NCBI GenBank assembly: GCA_964016885.1
Contig: OZ024746.1
Coordinates: 86,490,001-86,554,000, forward strand
DNA length: 64,000 bases
DNA from: Eledone cirrhosa
Taxonomy: Eukaryota
Direction of reading: 5' to 3'
Shown here piece by piece: positions 54,907-64,000 of the stretch. Made by a program: the position numbers and the translations under genes. Numbering within the stretch: the stretch's first letter is position 1; the number at the start of each line of letters is the position of its first letter. The notes under the pieces were generated by a model. It saw only the letters and a list, made by a program, of their open reading frames with translations. It was not told the DNA's origin and did no database searches.

Positions 54907-55003
54907 ACAAATATGACTTTTTCCTATTACCCACTCTACTACCCTAAGTATTGAGTACTCTGGTGCGCTATGGTCCATCTGGTTCCTTACCACAATTCCT
55001 TCG

Positions 55004-55075
<72 letters not shown>

Positions 55076-55079
<4 letters not shown>

Positions 55080-55256
55080 AAGTATGACCCCGACGACAGA
55101 GCTCAAGCCGTTTCGACGGCTATTTCTGGACCGTCGAAACGGCTTGAGCTCTGCTGTCGGGGTCATACTTTCTCCTATTACCCACTCTACTACCCTACGT
55201 ATTGAGTACTCTGGTGCGTTATGGTCCATCTGGTTCCTTACCACAACTCCTTCGTT
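55076..55256 (+). mobile_element. (TA)n-embedded foldback element, family D (shorter copy at 54904-55005)
   Basis: Arms GAGAAAGTATGACCCCGACG...GTTTCGACGG / CCGTCGAAAC...GGGGTCATACTTTCTC. Confidence 0.75.
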
Positions 55257-55277
55257 ATACATATATATATATACATA

Positions 55278-55474
55278 TGAGGTTCGACTGAAAAATTCAT
55301 CGGCTGACCAAGATACCCTAATGGAATGATCAAATGATATCTATTTTTCAACATAGTCCTTGGAAAGAAACAAGGTTGTTATTAATAAAAAGAGTTGAAA
55401 TTAATGCATGTTAGATTTCACAGCTCTAGTATCACTCTTTCATAGTCGGCCTTTGAAGCTTTCAGGCAATCCTC

Positions 55475-55475
<1 letters not shown>
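55278..55475. mobile_element. Mariner-like MITE
   Basis: TA flanks and imperfect TIRs TGAGGTTCGACTGAAAAATTCATCGGCTGAC / GTCGGCCTTTGAAGCTTTCAGGCAATCCTCA. Confidence 0.7.
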
Positions 55476-55516
<41 letters not shown>

Positions 55517-55520
<4 letters not shown>

Positions 55521-56083
55521 GTATATAATCAACGTTTAGCAAATAGAGAAAAAGTTTTAAAATAAATTTAAAAAAGTTTACTGTACTTACTATATTTCCC
55601 CTTACCGCGCGGTTTCAAGTCTCAAAATAAATGGATAATCCATGCGGAACATCATTGAGAAGGAGACTCTCGTCAGAGGGTTCTTCTCACTCGGAGAATA
55701 TAAAATTCGCGAGTTCAAATCACGAACTGGCGCCATACAGAACTGTTCCCGGATGAGAGTGTATGATAAAGAAACAATCTTGTCTAGTGCCGTGTGTAAA
55801 GATAGAAGGCAAGGGCGGAAAGGTCAATGTCCTGTCACTAGAAATATCAGCAGTTAAAACGACCAAAATGTTATCTCGACCTTAGGGGAGATTAATAATA
55901 ATAAAGTATGTTTTCCTACATGCTAAAAATGCATATAGGGATACATGTATTATCCAACCGTATGCCAATGTGGTTCTATGGCAGGTTAATAAATTAACGA
56001 GCTAGAACATATATAATCAAGGTTTAGCAAATAGAGAAAAGTTTTAAAATAAATTTTAAAAAGTTTACTGTACTTACTATATT

Positions 56084-56089
<6 letters not shown>
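55517..56089 (-). mobile_element. Retrozyme-like non-coding element: ~487-nt monomer plus an ~85-nt terminal direct repeat
   Basis: Direct repeats at 55517-55602 and 56007-56089, an internal HHR, and (TA)n on both sides. Confidence 0.75.
55599..55680 (-). ncRNA. Type I hammerhead ribozyme, canonical core
   Basis: Minus strand reads CCCT-CTGACGA-GAGTCTC...GAGACTT-GAAA-CCGCGCGG-TA-AGGG. Stem III is the palindrome ACCGCGCGGT and the triplet is GUA. Confidence 0.88.
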
Positions 56090-56149
<60 letters not shown>

Positions 56150-56195
56150 GGAGTACAAGTCAACGGGTTATAATTCACTTCATTTATTCATAAAT

Positions 56196-56254
56196 GCTGT
56201 TATATATATTTCGGTAATAACTGTTATGCAACAGATATGCTCTCACCAGACAGC
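56196..56254 (-). ncRNA. Hammerhead motif with an A6G core change
   Basis: Minus strand reads GCTGT-CTGGTGA-...CTGTT(GCAT)AACAG...-GAAA-TATATA-TA-ACAGC. Confidence 0.65.
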
Positions 56255-57441
56255 TAAAAGTTGAACAGACCCCACCCTCCCAGAAAAACACGAAGAAGTA
56301 ATCAAAATTATTTATGTTGTTTCAATTCATTGATAAGACCCGTCTGATATTTGGTGTTGCTTTCTCAAAGCAGCGGTGACTTATGACTTTGAATAAATAA
56401 CCTCGTAACATCAGCAAAAGGGCTATATAAAATCGCTTTCTATTGGTCAGAGTTAGCTTCACTACAACATCATCAAGCCATTATGAATTTCTTAGTGGCA
56501 TCATGGTTTGAGATTTGCCTTCAACTTATTCAAGAACCAGGCCAGGGATTCTTTAGTCCTAGTGGTTGACCATGTAGATATGTTGCTATGCCAGATGGAA
56601 TTATTTTCAACAGCAACAATGACATACTGCAAAGATGATGCCTTAGATAGTTCGGAGAGGCATTTTGCCCCAGTGACTATGGTAGTATTGATAATAGAAT
56701 GGTTTCTTATATAGGCACAAAGCCAGTAATTTTGGGGGAAGGGAAAGTCGATTAAATCGACTCCAGTGCGTGACTGGTACTTTATTTTATCGGCCCCGTA
56801 AAGATGAAAGGCAAAGTTAAGCTCGGCGAGATTTGAACTCAGATCATAAAGGGCCGTAATTCTATGCTGCAAAGCATGGCGTCCGACCTTCTACTGATAC
56901 TGCCAATCCACTGCCCTTAGTAGTGATAATATAATAAAACCCACCTCTAAACAGAGAACTTAGACATTTTAGGGCACTCATCTTTACATTTCACACGTAA
57001 TTTTTTCTACCGCTCAGTTATTTTCACTAATTCGCTCAAAGAATTGGAAATATATTCAACTGAGAAATGAACTGGATAACATTGCAAACTGAAACTAAAT
57101 TTGAGGCCAGATAGACCTTAAGCTACACATGGAGGTGACGTCACACTAAGCTGTTAGCCTTTATTTCTAATCAATGATATGCACTCGTGTCACAAAAATG
57201 ATGCCATCACGTATCTTGTGTAGTCAGCAAAACTTATGAACTGATAAGATAAACGAAATGTTCATTCATTTGGGTCTATAACGTAAAATCAAACATTTTT
57301 TTTCCAAACTTGTCCCAGCTAATAACCCCACGCTTCGCTTCTACGCAGAAGTTCTACTAACTTTCAGAATAAATGAATAATTGTCTCAAAAACCTATATC
57401 GTCACAAAATTATTCTAATGTCATGTAGTTATGAGTTAGAC

Positions 57442-58002
57442 CAGAGGTTCTCAAAGTGGGTGCTGTGCTACCGCTCCCCCGGGGGTGGGGGCGTTGAGAA
57501 GGTCCAGGAGGCGCCAAAGAAGGCAGTGGAAGGCGGCAGTAGAGATGATATTATAGTATATTATAGTATAAGGGCGGTGAATTGGCAGTATCGGTAGAAG
57601 GTTGGCCGCCATGCTTTCTAGCATAGTTACGTCCCATTACGGTCTGAGTTCAAATCCTGTTTAGGTTAACTTTGCCTTTCATCCTTACGAGGTCGATAAA
57701 ATAAAGTACCAGTAATGCACTGCGATAATTGCTGGCCTTGTGCCAAGAGTAGAAACCATTATAGTATATTAAATATCAAATGATACATATTATATATATA
57801 AATATTGTAAAATAAAAAAATATATAATATATATTTATACATAGTGTATATTACATCATTTATATATAAATTAACGATTTTATTTATTATATATCATTTA
57901 CAATTTGCGTGTAGGCAGGTCTCTCTGGAAATAGGGTTGGGTTGCTGAGGATATCACGTGGCCGCGAGGGGAGCGGTGAACCCAAAAGTTCGAGAACCTC
58001 TG
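57442..58002. mobile_element. hAT MITE with a nested SINE (57571-57760)
   Basis: TIRs CAGAGGTTCTCAAA / TTCGAGAACCTCTG with TSD AGTTAGAC / TGTTAGAC. Confidence 0.85.
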
Positions 58003-58473
58003 TGTTAGACTATACTTCGCTGTGGAGGTCTAATTAGAACAGTAAACACTCAGATTTGTCACCACAACTACCAAAAACAGCCTCGCTTCTCACTTTATGT
58101 TTCTATTCAATTTTAAAAAAATCGAAATTCGTGCAAATTTTCTATTACTTTGCTTGACAAGAATTGTTGTTATTGATAATGATTTTGTTCTCATGAGTCG
58201 AATTTCAAGTCATTAAAATCTATTATGGGCTTACTATATTAATTATGTTAGCTTTCATAGAGCTTATACTAAACGATATGACCAGGGCCGGATTTAATGG
58301 GGGTGCAAAGGAGGCAATTGCCCCGGGACACCTGCAACGTAATCCTGAATAAATTATATCCGAAACTAAGATGAGCTGGTCATAACGGAAATACCTTTGA
58401 TCTTAGGTGTTTGATAAGAGCTGATCCTAAACAACACCAACAACAACAACAACATCAATTAAGCTATGCTACA

Positions 58474-58745
58474 TTCTTCTTCTTCTTCTTCTTCTTCTTC
58501 TTCTGCCGAGTTTACACTCACAAGATTCAGCACGCCTTCTCCAACCGTCCCGGTCGAGCACGACATTTCTCAGTTCGTCGGTGTTATCAATGTTGGCATC
58601 TCTCAGCAGGGTATCAATGAATGAGACGGCCTGTCTTCCCACGCTTCTTCGTCAGACCACCGGTTTCCAGAGCACAAGTTGTGATGCTGTCTCTTCTAGA
58701 TGGCGGATGCAGTTCCCAGTCAGTTTCATTCGTCGGCAGGCAATG
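58474..58745 (-). mobile_element. RTE-like LINE 3' end with a (GAA)n tail
   Basis: Minus strand encodes RRMKLTGNCIRH.E..ASQLVLWKP...GRQAVSFIDTLLRD...LDRDGWR. Similar remnants lie at 54170-54500. Confidence 0.7.
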
Positions 58746-59783
58746 TCTTATGGGGCTTAAATGTTGAAGAAATGGGAGATGATAAGCTGAAATACCTTGC
58801 TTTAGAATAACGATCTGAAGGGAAACGTGTCTGATTGGGATTTGAAAGCAAATAATGAATTCCTCAACCCTTTACCCAAAGAAAAAAATGTAATGTGTTA
58901 TAATGTTGTGTCGCCTGTTTTGTATATCTGTACGAAACGATGGTAAAACCAAGGTATTCACCAAGCGTAATTCGAAACTACCAACGAGAGACTACAACAA
59001 GACTCCATACACAATTTCCGTTACAGTTCACTTTAGTTCTTATTTACAGGCTTTTCCTGCCTAGTCGACTTTTTCCCCGACAACAAATGTTAACGGGTTA
59101 CGAGGTCAACTCACGCTCAAAACAAATACAAGTCTGATATATTGTAAATCAAGTTTAATTTTCCAACACAGGCTCAACATTTTAAGATTATAGTCGGTGT
59201 GTGTTTGAGTGTGTTTGTGTGTGTGTGTGTGTGTGAGGGGGGGGGGGTGCAATAACAGACGAAGTTAGTACGTTCGCTTTGAAATCACTTGGTTACGAGT
59301 TAAATGCTGATGCATGTCACGAGTTGACCAAACATCAGGAATGAACCAGTGTAAACTTAATCTTTGCAAAATCTCTTCCGATGTCTACCTACATAAATCT
59401 AAGTCCCAGTCTTGTCACACACATCATCACACTGATTCTACCAATGCTTTACGTTATGGGTTTCCGTATCTGTAGAATTTTCAATGAGGAAGTAGGTGAT
59501 TTAATCGAACAATTCAAATATTATATATATTTATATAACCATGCAATCGTAAAACAGTATATAGGAGTCTGAACGAAAGGATAATTAAACTTAAAAAGAA
59601 ATGTTTTGGAAATCTAAAAACGAAGAAAACAAGCTATACTAAACACCAACCTTTTGAATTGTACATGTTATAAAGTTCCCTCTTTTTTTGTATATATATA
59701 TACAAGGTGTGTTTTCTTTTATTATCTTTTCCTTATATAACGCGATTTGTATAGAACGTTTTCTAACGTCTCACTTTACTTCA

Positions 59784-59892
<109 letters not shown>

Positions 59893-60195
59893 CATCGCTA
59901 TTTCAGAGCACCAATACTAATACCTAATCTTTGCTGGACTGGCAATCGCTCTGTGTAATCAGCTCCTGATTATTACCGGAATTCTATAAGAATCCAGCTT
60001 CTATAATTTTCGGTAAATGCAGAGTACGTGGCTTTGATAAACGCCAAGCAGCGAGAAACAGGTGTCAGCCATTCTTCCAGCCTTTACATAAAATATAGGT
60101 AAGTGACATAGTCACTACTTTAAAACTGATAGCGAATGGTCTCCTAAATGTTTTTAATTATACATACGGTATATTGCCAAATATACTATATATAC

Positions 60196-60258
<63 letters not shown>

Positions 60259-60271
60259 CAGAGCACTAATA

Positions 60272-60345
<74 letters not shown>

Positions 60346-60351
60346 TATTAG

Positions 60352-62103
60352 AACCATAAATGTTCTTTTACGAATATTGGTAAAAAATCTTCAACTTCTC
60401 TATCTAACTTATTATGGGACTTGAAATCCAAGAACATTAACTATTCTTTACTTTGGAAAATTATCTCCAAAGATCCTTCATACACTGCTTTATCCCAAAA
60501 TTGTTCCCGTTGTGTCGAAGAAATATTCTTTATACTAAAAAGTAAGAACTCTATTAATTTGAGGAATAATTTATTCAGTTCTTGCAAACATCGTTTAAAT
60601 TCAACTTTTAAATATATATATAAAATGTAATATACGATTTATCTCTTTTAGATAATGTCTTCTATATCTATATAAGATTCATATACTTAATTTACTTTCT
60701 ATTATCTCTATTTCACATACATATTATTACACCTATCGATAGATTATAAAATTCCTTTATATGACTGCTTGAAACTCCTTTAAGGAAAATTTTTTTCTTG
60801 AAAAACTTACGGAAGGTTTTAAGAAAATCTTTTGAAAATTCCTTTGAAAGATATAGAAAAACCATTATTTTCATACCTTCAAATATTTTTATATTGTTAT
60901 ATTTTTATATTCTTATATTTTCAAACGTTTTTAATATATATATCCAAATATTTATATATATGTGGAAAAACATATGTTTTTTTTATATATATGTGGACTA
61001 ACCTATGGTTTATGCTTTAAATATATTCTTGAGATAAATTTAAAAAAAAAATGTTTTAACTTTATAGCAAGTAAATTTATGACTTCGTATAAAATAACAT
61101 ATGGTTCATGTTTTAATTATATTCTTAAGATAAAAAAAATGTTTAACTTCTTAACTTTATAGCATTTAATCCTTAGAGTCATCTGAGTTCTTAAAAAATC
61201 ACTTATAACTTCCTTTACTCTCCTTTACTGTTTTTATAATATAACTAAGTGGTTATTCTTTTGTAAACTCTCGAAAATTTTCCATAAATTTAGAATTTTT
61301 TGGATGTTTAAATTTTTGACTTACAACTTTTAATAAAATAAACTATACTAGATTTGCTCTAATGTAAAATAATATATATTTATTTAAATAATTTATAATC
61401 CTTAACATACACATTTAAACTAATTATTAAATTATTAAATTAAATCTTTAATATTAAGGTAAATTTTAATCTTTAATTTTGATTTCTAATTTTAGTTTTA
61501 ATTTTAATCTAATTTTTCAACCTATCATTATAAATATTATAATCAAAACATAATGAATCCTGCATTATAAATATTATTCTTCCACGATATTCTCATTTCT
61601 TCATTTCTTCTCACTTAAATATACCTACGCTGTATTTATCCTTTGAAGCTCATTTTTCTCTCACTTAGATATACTTACGCTGTATTTATCCTTTGAAACT
61701 CTTCTCTTCATGCACGCTATTTTCACTGTCAATATATAATCGTTCTTTCTTTCCTTTTCTATCTTTCTTATTTCTTTCTTCTTTTTTTCTTTTTTTTCTC
61801 TCTCCCTCACATATCACCTTCTTCCAACAGTTTAATTTAAATAAACCGTTATCTTTTCAACCTTTCGGACACTCATTTGCATACTCACTCATAATTTTCT
61901 ATCACCCTCAATAAATGTAATATCTCCATTATCCAGGAAGCTCCAGCCGTTAAGGTTGTCTTTTTTCCCGGGTATGTCAATATTTATTTATAAAACAAAT
62001 CTGCATTTTATCTGATGAAAGCGCACCATAATTTGCCTTGGTGGCCCTTGAAATATGTATAATAAAATAAATATGGTTTTATAAATATAGTTTCCATTTA
62101 TTA

Positions 62104-62105
<2 letters not shown>
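60352..62105 (+). mobile_element. 5'-truncated Penelope-like element: GIY-YIG endonuclease C-terminus, AT-rich 3' region and terminal HHR
   Basis: 60352-60630 encodes [38 protein letters not shown]...CSRCVEEIFFI...INLRNNLFSSCKHR, matching the H..SF...T.LS...W.LK...W.I...C.LC..E...N.R....C.H pattern of C-terminal-endonuclease PLEs. Both ends lie in (TA)n. Confidence 0.75.
62005..62068 (+). ncRNA. Type I hammerhead ribozyme at the PLE 3' end
   Basis: ATTTTAT-CTGATGA-AAG..CACCA...TGGTG..CTT-GAAA-TATGTA-TA-ATAAAAT. Confidence 0.85.
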
Positions 62106-62145
<40 letters not shown>

Positions 62146-62234
62146 TTAATATAGAAATGGCTTCTACAGGACTAGAACTGTTTCATTCAAAAGAAATCTT
62201 TCTTTCTCTTTATATATAGAGAGAAAGTATTTAT

Positions 62235-62470
62235 AAGCTATTCCCGGAGAGGTGTATCTTAAGTAGGGCAGCCTCCTATTATAATGATGCTTTAGATAGA
62301 AGTGGTTTCAATGAAAAATAACGTTTATATCGTTAGGATACCCATCATGAAGCAGTGTAAAACTAGGAAGAGGATCCCATTCTGGTTTAATCGTTTAAAT
62401 CATGAAATTTCCGAAGAAGCCGGAACAAAGCCACGGTTTTCCTTGATTATAAATAATCACCAAAGTCTAA
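62235..62470 (+). pseudogene. Decayed PLE RT-to-endonuclease linker fragment
   Basis: Broken frames AASYYNDALDRSGFNEK...KTRKRIPFWFN...LIINNH resemble the PLE pattern Y..AL..SG....RKR...WFNPP. Confidence 0.55.
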
Positions 62471-63426
62471 ATAACTATTTACAAATAACCCAAGTCCTCC
62501 GATTCCCAGATTGATTCATGGACACCATAGCCTTTCAAATCAAACGCTACAACGGAAAGCACTTCGCAACAACTATCCTAATAAATGCCCCCCCCCCATA
62601 CACACATACATACATTCACACACGTACACACACACACACACCCACACAAATACACGCACATACAAGACTCACACACAGACACACGTATACATTCGTAGAC
62701 ATACACATAAACACACGCACATACATGCATACACGCACACACACACACACACACACATGCATTCACATACACATACATTTAACCCCCCCCCCACACACAC
62801 ACATTCACACAGACGCATACATACATATACAGAAACACACACACGCGTAACCCTCCCCCACACACACATACATACATACACAGAAACACGCACGCACACA
62901 CACATACACACATTCACCCCCCCACACACTTTATCTCTCTCTCTCTCTCCCTCTCTCTCTCTCCCTCTCTCTCACACACACACAGACATATACGTATAAA
63001 TTGGTTTTTACAGTAGGAAAATATGATATGATTTAATAGAAGACCTTTTTGTGATTGATTTTGGTTTTCTATGACGAGTAATGTCTGTGTTCTGTAATTT
63101 GATGTCGTATTATGAGGTATGTCGTGTGATTCTTATAGTTTAGTTTATATTTCAAGTGATGTTTTATTGGTAAAATGAAGAATTAGTGGAGAGATTAATC
63201 TATAGTGGTTTTTGATTTTCCAGGGAGATGTTGTTTATTATGTGAATTAGTGTTGTATGTATACACACATACATACATATTGTCACGCTAAATATAAATT
63301 ATAGCTTTAAAGAATTAGCTTTTAATGAATTCCCTTTTCTTTCAACCAATGACCTCCACCCATCCCACTCCCCACCCTCTCCTACCACCAGAAATGATAT
63401 AAATACCACCATATCTACTTGGACAG

Positions 63427-63469
63427 CTAGATTCCTGATGATTTCTCAAGAATGAAACAGTTCTAGTCC
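63427..63469 (+). ncRNA. Minimal hammerhead motif, family A
   Basis: CTAG-attc-CTGATGA-T-TTCT(CA)AGAA-T-GAAA-CAG-TT-CTAGTCC. There are extra nucleotides between stem I and the core. Confidence 0.6.
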
Positions 63470-63532
63470 TGTAGAATCTCGTCTATATATATATAGATGT
63501 GAGAAAAACCACAGACCCTCCATCTCAACCCA

Positions 63533-63570
63533 CCTTTTGAAAAGCAGAAGAACTGCGAAACCGGTAAAGG
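63533..63570 (+). ncRNA. Minimal hammerhead ribozyme, U3-A8 variant, family B
   Basis: CCTT-TTGAAAA-GCAG(AAGAA)CTGC-GAAA-CCGG-TA-AAGG. Stem III is the palindrome ACCGGT and the triplet is GUA. Confidence 0.8.
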
Positions 63571-63701
63571 AACCAAATAAATATATATATTTTAAAAAAA
63601 AATAAGACTTCAGTTGCATTTTCGATTTCATCTCTTTTTCTTTATACTTCCACTCGTGTAGGACACCTCGGTTATTTTTCATTTTGTAAAAAAAACCTCA
63701 C

Positions 63702-63734
<33 letters not shown>

Positions 63735-63929
63735 GTAATAATAATAAATTTGAAGACTAAATCCAAAGAGGGCTCGATAAGGATAAATATATATAAAATA
63801 TATAAGAACCCTAGAGCAAATATTTATTAAAATAACAGTTTAAAGTTTAAGCAAAGAATCGCTGCTTTCACCCTTTTAAGGGTGAAAGCAGCGATTCTTT
63901 GCTTAAACTTTAATCTGTTATTTTAATAA

Positions 63930-63932
<3 letters not shown>
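63735..63932 (-). mobile_element. (TA)n-embedded foldback element, family C
   Basis: Palindrome at 63821-63932 centred near 63876. Matches 197-430. Confidence 0.75.

Positions 63933-64000
<68 letters not shown>

Noticed and set aside
59965-60072. CTGATTA...GAAACAGGTGTC possible long hammerhead
   Set aside because: The core has a mismatch and stems I and II could not be established by eye.

Overview
This is AT-rich, microsatellite-dense animal genomic DNA. The (TA)n/(CA)n load and the SINE families suggest an octopus, which is an inference. The only host gene is the last four coding exons of an SLC25A36/33-type mitochondrial pyrimidine nucleotide carrier (+ strand, 1074-5677). The remaining ~58 kb is intergenic and filled with tRNA-derived SINEs, decayed LINEs (Tx1/L1, RTE, R4-like and CRE-like), hAT/piggyBac/mariner MITEs, Helitrons and simple repeats. 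Most ORF-track entries are translations of microsatellites. The main signal is a set of more than a dozen type I hammerhead ribozyme (HHR) motifs from many unrelated short element families. These elements sit in (TA)n tracts, have palindromic stem III and often form foldback insertions. One family is physically linked to a Penelope-like (PLE) GIY-YIG remnant (60.35-62.1 kb). One non-coding ~487-nt unit (55.5-56.1 kb) begins within 1 nt of its predicted ribozyme cleavage site, like a retrozyme or circular RNA. All folds and alignments were done by eye.
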